Part shown: piece by piece, positions 48,416-59,804 of the stretch
Position numbering within the stretch: position 1 is the first letter of the stretch
Layout of the letters: every line of letters begins with the position of its first letter
Assembly (NCBI RefSeq): GCF_039927955.1
Contig: NZ_JBDSUA010000005.1
Location: 161,171-225,170, forward strand
Source of the DNA: Devosia sp.
Lineage (GTDB): Bacteria > Pseudomonadota > Alphaproteobacteria > Rhizobiales > Devosiaceae
Reading direction: 5' to 3'
DNA length: 64,000 bases
Notes under the pieces: generated by a model
The model's database searches: none
What the model saw: the letters and a program-made list of their open reading frames with translations, nothing else
What the model was told of the DNA's origin: nothing
Position numbers and translations under genes: made by a program

Positions 48416-49258
48416 ATGCAGATTTCAGACCTGTTCTATGTCCCGGCAAACTGGCTGCTGGCCAATTCCGCCTCGATTCTGGGCGCCATCGCCATCCTGA
48501 TTGCCGGCCGCTACGCCGCGCGCTGGGCTTCGCAGACCGTTCGGCACCTGCTGCCTCGTGCTTATGGCGTGGACAAGAACTTTGCGCCGCTGCTGTCGGA
48601 AGCGGCGCGCTATGGCATCATGATCTTTGCGGCCGTCACCGCGCTCAACCTGCTGGGCGTGGCCAACACCACTATTCTGGCCGTGCTCGGCGCGGCGGGT
48701 CTGGCCGTGGCCCTGGCACTGCAAGGCACGCTGGCCAACATCGCTGCTGGCATCATGCTGATCTGGCTACGGCCCATCGCCATCGGCGAATATATCCAGG
48801 GCGATGGTGTGGCCGGGATCGTAGTGGAAATCGGCCTGTTCGGCACGCGGCTGCGCTCAACCAGCGGATTATACCTGTTCACGCCGAATCAAAAACTCTG
48901 GGCCTCGGCCATCACCAACCACAGCCGCGAGCCCCGCCGCCGCATCGACGTCAATGTCAGCGTGCCTGATAGCATCGACATCGCCAAATCGCGCAAAATC
49001 CTGCTGCGCATCGCCACCTCCGACAAGCGCGTGCTGGTCGATCCGGCACCCAGTGTGCATGTGGAAAGCCTCACCGGCTCCGCCGTGCAGATGCAGCTGC
49101 GCGCCTGGGTCTCGACACCCGATTATCTGCCAACGCTTTACGCGTTGACCGAGGACGCCAAGATCGCGCTCAATCGTGAACTGACCGGTACCAAAGCCGA
49201 CAAGGCCCAGATCAACGTCACGCCCGACCCCAATGTGCCCAGCCCGGAAAACCGCTGA
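48416..49258 (+). CDS. mscS: Small-conductance mechanosensitive channel
   Basis: LGAAGLAVALALQGTLANIAAG, RPIAIGEYI, G.V.EIGLF.T, PN...ITN.S. Confidence 0.9.
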   Translation: MQISDLFYVPANWLLANSASILGAIAILIAGRYAARWASQTVRHLLPRAYGVDKNFAPLLSEAARYGIMIFAAVTALNLLGVANTTILAVLGAAGLAVALALQGTLANIAAGIMLIWLRPIAIGEYIQGDGVAGIVVEIGLFGTRLRSTSGLYLFTPNQKLWASAITNHSREPRRRIDVNVSVPDSIDIAKSRKILLRIATSDKRVLVDPAPSVHVESLTGSAVQMQLRAWVSTPDYLPTLYALTEDAKIALNRELTGTKADKAQINVTPDPNVPSPENR

Positions 49259-49261
49259 GCT

Positions 49262-50215
49262 TTATGGCGCTGCCGGCGGCATGATCGCCACAGTGGCGAG
49301 CAACCCGCGATGGTTGGAGCCATAGGATTGCGGGGTTGCGGCAATCGACTGGATCAGCGCGCCACCCCGGGTGAACATATTGTCGATCGGCACGCCATAA
49401 GCACCCGCTTCGACCGGCCAGGTGGCCGGATAGCCTGGCCCGGGCATCAGCTTGGCTTCGGCTACAAACTGCGCAACATCATGCGACCAGGCAGCGGCGT
49501 TGAAATCTCCCATCAAGACCACCGGTCCCTTGAGATGGCCGATGGCCCAGCCGACCTGCTTCATTTCCCAGGGCGCGATACCGTCGAAATAGGGCTTGCT
49601 CAAATGCATCGAAACAACGGCCAGTTCCTGCCCGTGAACCATGGTTTTGGCCGTAATGAGCCGTAGCCGATTGAGCGAGGGCAATGGAATGACCCGGCCC
49701 TCGGTAAACGGCGTTTTGGACAGCAGCGTCATGTCGCAGATGGCAACGGTCTCGCAGCCCAGACGATAGGGATAGATTCGAGCCAGATCTGCCAGCCGAT
49801 CCCCCAACCCGACAGCCTCCAGCACGGTGACGATGTCGGCGCCGGAACTGGCAATATAGGCAGCCGCGTCAGCACCCCGCACATTGCTGTTGAGCACGTT
49901 GAAGCTGAGGACTGACACCGTTGTCACCGGTGTCTGCTTTGCCAAAGCAGACCGCAACGATTGCTGCTGCAGCACGGTGTAGCCGCCGTCGGCGAGGCCG
50001 ATGACGATCAGCCCCAACATGAGCAGCGCGCGACGCCAGGCGCCCGTCAGCAGCAACAGCAGCGGCAGGGCCAGCACGGCCAGACCAATATGAAACTGGA
50101 GCGAACTGAGCAGCGCCTCGCCGGCCAGACCGAAGTCGATATTGGTGGCGGCCAGCAAACCAACAGCCACCAGCGACAGGCCGGTCAGGACACCACGGAA
50201 TTCGGGGACCACCAT
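49262..50215 (-). CDS. Membrane-anchored endonuclease/exonuclease/phosphatase (EEP) protein
   Basis: SFNVL, LEA, MGDFNA, PIDNMF, GSNHRG; three N-terminal TM. Confidence 0.85.
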   Translation of the reverse strand: MVVPEFRGVLTGLSLVAVGLLAATNIDFGLAGEALLSSLQFHIGLAVLALPLLLLLTGAWRRALLMLGLIVIGLADGGYTVLQQQSLRSALAKQTPVTTVSVLSFNVLNSNVRGADAAAYIASSGADIVTVLEAVGLGDRLADLARIYPYRLGCETVAICDMTLLSKTPFTEGRVIPLPSLNRLRLITAKTMVHGQELAVVSMHLSKPYFDGIAPWEMKQVGWAIGHLKGPVVLMGDFNAAAWSHDVAQFVAEAKLMPGPGYPATWPVEAGAYGVPIDNMFTRGGALIQSIAATPQSYGSNHRGLLATVAIMPPAAP

Positions 50216-50433
50216 TTGCCTCTGCCTCACTTGCGCTGCTTATGGTGGTGCCGTAGCCGCATCAACTTGGCAAGGCGCTACCGCAACTACCAGCCATGAA
50301 ATACCTTGGCTGGCGGTTATTGCGGTTGGCGCAGGAGTTATAGTTGGACTTGTCCCGCGACGAACCAGAATGTGCTGGGGTTCATGCTGACGCCCTCCCC
50401 TCGGAGACGCCAGCACGCTTTGACGAAACGGCG

Positions 50434-50649
50434 CTACAGCAGCTGCCGGTCATCCTTGCGCCGGCGATACTGGTGGAAGTCCAGCACATTGCCGGTCTGC
50501 TCTGGCCGGTCAAACCGGTCCGTTTCCATCAGATTGATCGTCCGCTCGATGATGCTGCGTATTTGTTGAGAGCGGCGGTCGTCGCTCCTCAGGATAACGG
50601 CGGCCCGCTCGAGGTGATCGCGAGCCAGAACATAGATCGGTGGCATCAT
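50434..50649 (-). CDS. Small hypothetical protein (71 aa)
   Basis: GGAG RBS before ATG; MMPPIYVLARDHLERAAVIL...GNVLDFHQYRRRK. Confidence 0.6.
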   Translation of the reverse strand: MMPPIYVLARDHLERAAVILRSDDRRSQQIRSIIERTINLMETDRFDRPEQTGNVLDFHQYRRRKDDRQLL

Positions 50650-50864
50650 TGGTCGCTCCAAAGGCTGAATAGGGGAAAGTGCGCCTGATTGGCCAGCGGA
50701 AGTGTGGGCCGCCATACCTTTCGTAATCTCTACGCAGGGCTTGCGTTTAGATTCAAAATGCGAGCGGACCAATAACCCGCATGTAAACCCCGCTCCGCAA
50801 GGGGTAGAACCCCGTCAAGCACAACCCCGACCTGTGTAAAAACGTCGGGCAGCGGCTTTCGCGG

Positions 50865-51314
50865 CTAGAGTTGCTTGCGCATCTGGGTGCATTCGATGGC
50901 GATACCGATCCGTTCCTCGGCATCCCATTCGTGTTCGCTCCAGCCGGTCTTATAATAATAGCCGACTGCCGTTTTCGCAGCATTGACCCAGAGCGTCGTG
51001 CAGCCAAACGCCTTTGCCTTGGCCTCCACCATTTCGCTCAACACCCGACCGTGGCCTTGCCCCTGCATTGGTGCGGTGATGGCCACCAGCCGAAAGATGG
51101 CGACGCTTTCAGGCCGCAGATCAAGTCGAGTAACCCCGATGGGCCGGCCATCGAGCTTAAGCAGATAATTATGGTGTTGCGGCATGCCGTCATCGGGGTG
51201 GTCGAAATCGTATCCAATCGGGGGATGCCGCCTGTCGAACAACTCCGCCTTGCGAATGGCATGATAAGCCGTCCAATCATCCGGGGCGGCCACTTCGATC
51301 AGCTCATATCCCAT
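50865..51314 (-). CDS. GNAT family N-acetyltransferase
   Basis: RLVAITAPMQGQGHGR, VNAAKTAVGYYYKTGW. Confidence 0.85.
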   Translation of the reverse strand: MGYELIEVAAPDDWTAYHAIRKAELFDRRHPPIGYDFDHPDDGMPQHHNYLLKLDGRPIGVTRLDLRPESVAIFRLVAITAPMQGQGHGRVLSEMVEAKAKAFGCTTLWVNAAKTAVGYYYKTGWSEHEWDAEERIGIAIECTQMRKQL

Positions 51315-51364
51315 GAAACCCTCCCTGCCCCGGCCACCATGGGTCGGGGCTCGGGGTCTGTTGG

Positions 51365-52927
51365 TTAGCCGGCCATTGCGCCTTGGGCCGAAGCGCCACG
51401 TTCGATCAGCAGGCGATTATACGCATTGAGATAGGCGCGTGCCGAAGCCACCAGCGTGTCTGGTTCCGCGGCATTGCCAGAGACGATGCGACCATTCATT
51501 TCCAGGCGCACATGGGCGCTGGCCTGCGCGTCGGTACCGCCGGTGACGCCATCAACGGCGTAGAGAACCAGATGCGGCTGCTGGCCGACCGCTTCCTTGA
51601 TGGCGTTGAAAATCGCATCGACTGAGCCCGTGCCCTCGAAGGTCACAGCGGTTTCTTCGCCGTCGATCGAGAGTGTCAGATTGCAGCGATGCACGCCGCC
51701 GGTCTTGGAAACGACTTCCATGTCGACCAGCCGGATACGATCGCCGACGGAGCCGACTTCATCATCCACCAGCGCGACGATATCGGCGTCATAGACATGC
51801 TTCTTGCGGTCAGCCAGATCCTTGAAGCGCACGAACGCCTCCTGGAAGGCATTGTCGCCCAGCTCATAACCCAGCTCCTTGAGCTTGTCCTTGAACGCAG
51901 CGCGGCCCGAATGCTTGCCCATTACCAGCGTCGTGGCTTTGATGCCGACGCTTTCCGGAGTCATGATCTCATAGGTCTCGGCGTTCTTCAGCATGCCATC
52001 CTGATGGATGCCGCTTTCGTGGGCGAAAGCATTCTTGCCCACGATCGCCTTGTTATACTGCACCGGAAAATTGGCTGCCGCCGAAACCACCTTGCTGGCC
52101 CGGGCCAGATGCGTGGATTCGATATTGGTGAAATACGGCATGGCATCGCCGCGCGTGCGCAGCGCCATGACCACTTCCTCCAGCGCAGCGTTGCCGGCGC
52201 GTTCGCCCAGACCGTTGATGGTGCATTCCACCTGTCGCGCACCACCGGCAACACCGGCCAGCGAATTCGCCACGGCCAGGCCAAGATCGTTATGGCAATG
52301 CACCGAAAAGATCACGTTGTCGGCGCCAGGCACCTTTTCGATGATCGTCCTGAACATCTGGAAATGTTCCTGCGGCACCGCATAGCCAACGGTATCGGGC
52401 AGGTTGATGGTGGTCGCACCGGCCTTGATCGCGGTTTCGACGCAGCGCATCAGGAACTCGATCGGCGTCCGGGTCGCGTCCATTGCCGACCACTCGACGT
52501 CGTCAATCAGGTTGCGTGCCTGCGCCACCGTCTTGGCGATGATCTCGATCACCTGTTCCTCGGTCTTCTTCATCTGGTGGGCCAGATGGATCGGCGAGGT
52601 GGATACAAAGGTGTGGATGCGGCCACGGCGTGCATGGCGCACCGCTTCGGCCGCGCGGTCGATATCGGCGGGAATGGCGCGCGCCAGCCCGGCAATCACC
52701 GCATTCTTGGCGCGCTTGGCCACTGCCGAGACCGCTTCGAAATCGCCATTGGATGCAATCGGAAAACCGGCTTCGATGATATCGACGCCCATGTCGTCGA
52801 GCGTCTCGGCAACCTGCAGCTTTTCTTCCAGCGTCATGGTGGCGCCTGGCGACTGCTCGCCGTCACGCAGCGTAGTGTCGAAAATGAAGACGCGGTCTTT
52901 ATTGGAATTGGTAGCGGGGGAAGTCAT
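51365..52927 (-). CDS. leuA: 2-isopropylmalate synthase
   Basis: FDTTLRDGEQSPG, HCHNDLG, GLGERAGNA, HESGIHQDG, C-terminal regulatory domain. Confidence 0.97.
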   Translation of the reverse strand: MTSPATNSNKDRVFIFDTTLRDGEQSPGATMTLEEKLQVAETLDDMGVDIIEAGFPIASNGDFEAVSAVAKRAKNAVIAGLARAIPADIDRAAEAVRHARRGRIHTFVSTSPIHLAHQMKKTEEQVIEIIAKTVAQARNLIDDVEWSAMDATRTPIEFLMRCVETAIKAGATTINLPDTVGYAVPQEHFQMFRTIIEKVPGADNVIFSVHCHNDLGLAVANSLAGVAGGARQVECTINGLGERAGNAALEEVVMALRTRGDAMPYFTNIESTHLARASKVVSAAANFPVQYNKAIVGKNAFAHESGIHQDGMLKNAETYEIMTPESVGIKATTLVMGKHSGRAAFKDKLKELGYELGDNAFQEAFVRFKDLADRKKHVYDADIVALVDDEVGSVGDRIRLVDMEVVSKTGGVHRCNLTLSIDGEETAVTFEGTGSVDAIFNAIKEAVGQQPHLVLYAVDGVTGGTDAQASAHVRLEMNGRIVSGNAAEPDTLVASARAYLNAYNRLLIERGASAQGAMAG

Positions 52928-53038
52928 TGGTCTGTTCCTATCAAACGGCCGCGAGACATAAGCTCTGCAGGCCGGACATTGCTGTGTTCGGCTTGTGACA
53001 CTATCCCCTGACCACCCGCTCGCTATCCGAGCTGTCGG

Positions 53039-53164
53039 TTACCAGGGGCTGATAAGAAGGAGGAGCAGAACTGGAAGCAGCAGCATTGCAGCCATGATCA
53101 TCATCTGGGTCTGTTTGACCTGACGCTGTTCGATTGCAATGGCGATGGCGCGCTTGCGCTGCAT
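53039..53164 (-). CDS. leuA leader peptide (41 aa, Leu-rich)
   Basis: Manual translation MQRKRAIAIAIEQRQVKQTQMMIMAAMLLLPVLLLLLISPW*; 8 Leu in 10 codons; stop 111 nt upstream of leuA; internal ATGs are alternative starts. Confidence 0.8.
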   Translation of the reverse strand: MQRKRAIAIAIEQRQVKQTQMMIMAAMLLLPVLLLLLISPW

Positions 53165-53285
53165 GACGGAAATCCAGTTACCCCATCATCATGCGCGTAT
53201 TTGCGCACAGTTTCAAGCCTCTACCCTGCCCGATATTAGATCGAGATGTCTGTATCTCCGGCACGCCTGCCGGCACCAGTGCCGC

Positions 53286-54506
53286 TCAGGCGGCCAGTTC
53301 GTCGGCAATCAGTTGGCCCAATTTGGCGATTCCCTCTTCGATCATCGCATCGCTGGCGCAGGAAAAGCTCAGCCGCATCGTATTTGCGCCTGACCCATCG
53401 GCATGGAATGCCTTACCCGGCACAAACGCGACCTTGGCGGTCTCCAGCGAGCGTTTCAGCAGCGCCGCGCCATCCATGCCCTCGGGCAGCGTCACCCACA
53501 CGAACATGCCGCCCTGCGGCTTGGTCCATTGCACGCCCGGCGGCATGTATTGGCCCAGCGCATCCAGCAACCGCGTCCGGCGGTGGCTATACGTCGCGCG
53601 GACCTTGGACACTTGCTCCTCGAACACCGTTTCGGCAACTTTGGTGATGACCATCTGGTTGATCGTTGACGAATGCAGGTCCGCCGCCTGTTTGGCCAGC
53701 ACCAGTTTGCGGATCACGGTTTGCGCCCCGACAATCCAGCCGACGCGCAGGCCCGGCGCCAGCGTCTTGGAAAAGCTGCCGCAATAGAGCGTGCGGGTGC
53801 TCTCGATATCGCCGCCATGGCGCGCCAGGTCGAGTGCCAGAATTGGCGGCACCGCCTCGCCTTCATAGCGGAGCGCCTGATAGGCGGCGTCCTCGATGAT
53901 GGCGATGTCGAGGCTCTCCGCCAGATCGAGCAGCCATTCGCGCTCGGCGCGGGGCATGGTCTCACCGGTCGGATTGTTGAATTCGGGCACGCAATAGGCG
54001 AATTTGACCGCCCCGCCAGCCTGCTCCGCCTGTTCGTTGTAGGCTTCGGCAGGACGATTGCTGAGCGGCGTCAGTCGATCATAGTTGGGCTCATAGGCAT
54101 TGAACGCGCCGAGAGCACCCAGATAGGTCGGCCAGGTCACCAGCGCCGTATCCCTGGGCGACAGCAGCAGCTTGCCCAGATAATCCAGCGCCTGTTGCGA
54201 GCCGGAGGTGATCAGCACATTGTCAGCCGTACAGACTATGCCGATCTTGGCCATGTCGCGTACGATCCAGTCGCGCAGCGGCACGTAGCCTTCGCTGATC
54301 GAATATTGCAGCGCCGCCGAACTCTGCGGTCCGGTCAACACATCGCTGTAGGCGTCAGCAACTGCCTGCTTAGGAAACAGCGCAGCGTCGGGGATGCCCC
54401 CGGCAAAGGAAATGATGTCGGGCCGCTCCAGCAGCTTCAGCAGTTCGCGGATTTCCGACGCCTTCATGCGCATTGCGCGCGACGCGAACAACTCGTCCCA
54501 TTCCAT
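53286..54506 (-). CDS. PLP-dependent aminotransferase class I (LysN/ARO8-like)
   Basis: ASEIRELLK, ISFAGGIP, ITSGSQQALD, IIEDAAY, GSFSKTLAPGLRVGW, RLSFS. Confidence 0.92.
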   Translation of the reverse strand: MEWDELFASRAMRMKASEIRELLKLLERPDIISFAGGIPDAALFPKQAVADAYSDVLTGPQSSAALQYSISEGYVPLRDWIVRDMAKIGIVCTADNVLITSGSQQALDYLGKLLLSPRDTALVTWPTYLGALGAFNAYEPNYDRLTPLSNRPAEAYNEQAEQAGGAVKFAYCVPEFNNPTGETMPRAEREWLLDLAESLDIAIIEDAAYQALRYEGEAVPPILALDLARHGGDIESTRTLYCGSFSKTLAPGLRVGWIVGAQTVIRKLVLAKQAADLHSSTINQMVITKVAETVFEEQVSKVRATYSHRRTRLLDALGQYMPPGVQWTKPQGGMFVWVTLPEGMDGAALLKRSLETAKVAFVPGKAFHADGSGANTMRLSFSCASDAMIEEGIAKLGQLIADELAA

Positions 54507-54556
54507 GTCAGGTCTTCCCAAATTCAATGGCCGAGACCACATCACGAAACGGCACT

Positions 54557-54577
54557 TACGTCAATAATGCTGACCTA
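54557..54577. promoter_or_regulatory. Palindromic operator candidate upstream of the aminotransferase
   Basis: TACGTCA-ATAATGC-TGACCTA. Confidence 0.45.
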
Positions 54578-54586
54578 CTATTGCAG

Positions 54587-55480
54587 TCAGTCACCAAGAT
54601 CCAGCACACCTTCGCCCACCACTACGGCATCGCCGCCGATGGCGCCATGCACCAGCACGTCATTGTCGAGCTTCATTTGCATCCTGATCAGACACAAACG
54701 TCCCATTTCCTTGCCTTGGCGCAGCACGAAATCCACTTGTCCACTGGAAATGTCCGCATGCTTGGCCAACAGCCCGATCAGCGCCGCCGCAGCAGCGCCG
54801 GTGCCTGGGTCTTCGCCCAGCCCCATGCCCGGAGAGAACATCCGCGCGGCCAGATCTATACCGCGCTCATTGGGGGCCTGCGTAAACACATAGACCGATT
54901 GCCGCTCATGCGGAAAGGCCCGGCCCCAAAGCCCCATGTTCAGTTCCAGCCGGGCCAGCACAGCGGTGTCGCGCACTGGAACCAGATGAAATCCCGTTCC
55001 TGCGGAATAAACCGCCGGCAGATAGGGACCACATCCGATGTCATTGACCTCGATCCCCAGCGCCAGCGCGATCGCGACCTTATCTGGCAATGGCGCAATT
55101 TCCGCCGGCAGTTGCGGCAGCGCAAATCTGGCTTCCCCCGAGCTTTTGTCGGCCTTCTCGAACAGCGCGGTGATCAGGCCGACCTTTTCCTCGATCCGAA
55201 CGGCGCTGACCTTGTTTTGCAGCCCCAGGACCACTGCGGCACCGACCGTGGGATGGCCGGCAAACTGCAACTCCACGGCAGGCGTAAATATACGCACCGC
55301 CGCGGTATTGCGCTCGGCATGCGGCTTGACCAGAAACACCGTCTCGCTGAGGTTGAACTCGCGCGCAATGGCCTGCATTTCACCATCAAGCAGACCATCG
55401 GCCTTGAGCACGACCGCTAGCGGATTGCCCTGCAAACGCTGCTTGGTGAAGACGTCCAGCAACAGATAATTGAGTTTCAT
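54587..55480 (-). CDS. PhzF family isomerase/epimerase
   Basis: DVFT...GNPLAV, FNLSET, RIFTP..EL.FAGHPTVG, EDPGTGAA, QGKEMGR. Confidence 0.92.
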   Translation of the reverse strand: MKLNYLLLDVFTKQRLQGNPLAVVLKADGLLDGEMQAIAREFNLSETVFLVKPHAERNTAAVRIFTPAVELQFAGHPTVGAAVVLGLQNKVSAVRIEEKVGLITALFEKADKSSGEARFALPQLPAEIAPLPDKVAIALALGIEVNDIGCGPYLPAVYSAGTGFHLVPVRDTAVLARLELNMGLWGRAFPHERQSVYVFTQAPNERGIDLAARMFSPGMGLGEDPGTGAAAAALIGLLAKHADISSGQVDFVLRQGKEMGRLCLIRMQMKLDNDVLVHGAIGGDAVVVGEGVLDLGD

Positions 55481-55549
55481 TTTGGCCCCCGCACGAGGCT
55501 CAAATCATGCCAATTGCCTAAGCTAGTCAAGCTGGCAGGGCAGCAATAT

Positions 55550-56047
55550 TTAGCTTTCTGGCCCCAACGCCAGCAAAGCCCGGTCCAGACCAAGATGATC
55601 GCACAATGCGGCCACCGCAACATTGTGATCCTCGCGCCCGGGTAGGCCCGAAATGGTCACGCAGCCAATGATGCCAGCGCCCACGACCCGCAACGGGAAG
55701 CCGCCACCGGCGATGACGTAGTCAGCCGGATCTGCCGCCATGACCGGCGGGAACACCGCATCGCCATCGCGCTCGACCACAAACCGATAGCTGGCCTTCT
55801 GATAGCGCCGCACCGTGTTGATCTTGCGCCGCACCCATTCGCTGTTGTCGGCAGTGGTGCCGGGCAGCGCCGCGAAAAACATCTGCCTGTCCCAGGTCCG
55901 GATATCGACGACCAGCCGGAGGCCTTCGGCCAGCGCCCGGTTGCGGATCGACGAGCCGATAGCAAAGGCGACGTCCTCGTCCAAACTGGGCAGCAGCAGC
56001 TTCTGTTCCTGCTCGATGATGCGGGCGATATCGTCGGCTTTTGCCAT
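55550..56047 (-). CDS. UPF0303 heme-degrading domain (GlcG/HbpS-like) protein
   Basis: GTTADNSEWVRRKINTV, AGGGFPL, ISGLP.REDH. Confidence 0.88.
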   Translation of the reverse strand: MAKADDIARIIEQEQKLLLPSLDEDVAFAIGSSIRNRALAEGLRLVVDIRTWDRQMFFAALPGTTADNSEWVRRKINTVRRYQKASYRFVVERDGDAVFPPVMAADPADYVIAGGGFPLRVVGAGIIGCVTISGLPGREDHNVAVAALCDHLGLDRALLALGPES

Positions 56048-56049
56048 GC

Positions 56050-56523
56050 TCAGCTGTCCTTGTGCGTCAATGCGGTCCACGCCGCATAAAGCGGTTCGCG
56101 GCTGGGCGCCTGCCCCGGAAAATTCACCTGCGCCGGATCGATCTCCACCCAGGCGGCTTTGCTGTCAGTCCAGATACTGCCGATCGGCACCGCCCAGTCC
56201 ATGTCATCGAGGGTGCCCGCCCGCAACACATAGATGTCGGTGGCCGCCAGCGGCTCGTTCCAGACGCGCGTGTGGCACTTGGGGCAGGAATGCATTGCCA
56301 CCTGGCGACCGCTATCGGCGGTATTGAGGTAAGTCTCGGACGTTCCGGCAATCAGCTCGAAATCGCCACGTCTCACCACCGCCGACATCGACCACGCAGC
56401 CCCGGAAAAGCGCTGGCAGTCCTTGCAGTGGCAATTGTAAACGCCGAGCGGGCTGGCCTTGAGCCGGTAACGCAATTGGCCACACTGGCAGCCGCCCTCG
56501 ACTGGAAACTCCGGTAACTGCAT
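56050..56523 (-). CDS. GFA (CENP-V) family Zn-binding protein
   Basis: GGCQCG, CHCKDCQR, CPKC. Confidence 0.92.
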   Translation of the reverse strand: MQLPEFPVEGGCQCGQLRYRLKASPLGVYNCHCKDCQRFSGAAWSMSAVVRRGDFELIAGTSETYLNTADSGRQVAMHSCPKCHTRVWNEPLAATDIYVLRAGTLDDMDWAVPIGSIWTDSKAAWVEIDPAQVNFPGQAPSREPLYAAWTALTHKDS

Positions 56524-56663
56524 TGGCCCCTCGCTCGACTCGCGCATTCGCTGTCGTCACATGTTTAGCCCATCGCCGGGAGCCGCTAAAGCGTCTCGCC
56601 AGTTGAAACATGACCGCTGTTTCAGGATATGTTTACGCCACGACAACAGCGGGGAACACAGCA

Positions 56664-57034
56664 ATGGCCGAGTGTAAAGTCATCCGGGGCGGCGCCAGTT
56701 TCACGGCAAGCAGGGATTGGACTATTTTGCCGGCATATCAGCGGAATCGGCCGGCTCGACCGGCATCTGCATGCACATGCTGGTGATCCCGCCCGGCGCC
56801 AAAGCCAAGCCGCACTACCACGAGGCCCACGAAACCGCGATCTTCCAGCTCGAAGGCAGCACCTCATTTTACCACGGACCGAACCTGGAATTTCTCGATC
56901 AGGTCAACGAGGGCGACTACGTCTACATCCCCGCCGGCATACCGCACCAGCCGTTCAACCCGACCGACAAGGTGGCGCGGGCACTGATTGCGCGTACCGA
57001 TCCCAATGAGCAGGAAAGCGTGGTGCTGATTTAG
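56664..57034 (+). pseudogene. Cupin-domain protein with apparent 1-nt frameshift near 56700
   Basis: ATG 56664 after GGGGA gives MAECKVIRGGAS, then the -1 frame continues HGKQGLDYFAGISAE...HYHEAHE...PAGIPH. Confidence 0.7.
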
Positions 57035-57134
57035 CTACCCCGAGCCATCAAGCACCAAGGCGTCATCGTGGGTTGCAGAACCAAAACAAAACGTCCCAAG
57101 GAAGAGCTGCGCCTAGTTCAAAATGCAGCCGCAG

Positions 57135-57878
57135 CTACCTAAGCACTTGTATCAGATGCATGCGGGATTGACTCACATTATCCAGATCCAGCATCCAGAA
57201 CACGTAACCTTGAGGACCCGAATGCTGATTCAGAAGCCGCCCGAACTGCTGCTCAATCAACAGGGACTGCGGAAACTTGGCGGGTTGGAACAAGACGCAT
57301 CCTGGCGGAATTGTCTCGTCCAATAGTGCTAGGTTCAACACATCTCCAGCATGTGCAACATAGGAGGTGTAGAGATTGCTCCCATCGTTGGCAAATTCTC
57401 GGGCGAGACTTTCATCTAAGCGGTAGCTCTGCAACTTGCTAGAAAGTGGCACGCTTTTCTGATCGGAAAGGTAGCCTTCCTTGACCAGCGAACGCTCTGC
57501 GTCGATGCAGTCGATCTGTTTGAGAATTTTCAGGGCGTAATATGCACTCGCCGGGAAAGCGCCGTTGGCGCGCCGAACGTCCACCTCGCAACATTCGATG
57601 TCGTCAGCAGGTACATGATTTAAAATAAGCGATTTTATCGCCTCCGAGACGACCATGTAATCGTCAAAGACGTAAAGTTCGCACGTTCGAGCCGGGTGCC
57701 CGTAATCAGGAATGGTGAAGGTAAACTGGCCTACATTTGCCGGCAGGCGCCTGCGGGCACACCGACCAGTCCCGCCGACCAGCCACACGTCTGGCGTCGC
57801 ACCCAGGACCCCGACCACCTTGGCTTTGGTCTGGTGGAACGGTCGCTCAAAAAGCTTGAAAACTCGTCCGTCAATCAT
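57135..57878 (-). CDS. Imm11/DUF1629-like protein, lower GC
   Basis: VVSEAIKSLI...DIECCEVDV...YYALKILKQIDCIDAERS pattern; atypical codon usage. Confidence 0.6.
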   Translation of the reverse strand: MIDGRVFKLFERPFHQTKAKVVGVLGATPDVWLVGGTGRCARRRLPANVGQFTFTIPDYGHPARTCELYVFDDYMVVSEAIKSLILNHVPADDIECCEVDVRRANGAFPASAYYALKILKQIDCIDAERSLVKEGYLSDQKSVPLSSKLQSYRLDESLAREFANDGSNLYTSYVAHAGDVLNLALLDETIPPGCVLFQPAKFPQSLLIEQQFGRLLNQHSGPQGYVFWMLDLDNVSQSRMHLIQVLR

Positions 57879-57915
57879 GAGAGGCCCGCTTTACAACGAG
57901 TTGTACGAGCCGGTT

Positions 57916-57947
57916 ATAGCCGGAGAAGAAGTCTCTCCTCCGGCTAT
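57916..57947. terminator. Stem-loop downstream of ilvC
   Basis: ATAGCCGGAG-N12-CTCCGGCTAT perfect 10-bp stem. Confidence 0.6.
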
Positions 57948-57959
57948 TTAAAAAAGTAG

Positions 57960-59629
<1,670 letters not shown>

Positions 59630-59659
59630 GCTAAAATCCTCGTCCCAATCTTTCGCAAG

Positions 59660-59682
59660 CCGTACCGTACCGTACGGTTCGG
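59660..59682. promoter_or_regulatory. TetR operator candidate
   Basis: Perfect palindrome ACCGTAC-C-GTACGGT (59664-59678) about 35 nt upstream of tetR. Confidence 0.75.
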
Positions 59683-59804
59683 CGCAAGTGGGAAGTTGAC
59701 CGGGTAGATGAACCAATATTCCACATATGCCCTGCCGACCGTGCAACGCTTTGCCACGCGTCCGAGTTATCCCCGCAGCGTCAATCATTTAGCAGGAGCA
59801 CACC

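Noticed and set aside
54587-55480. Phenazine biosynthesis cluster
   Set aside because: Lone PhzF-family gene with no other phz genes; such homologs are widespread.
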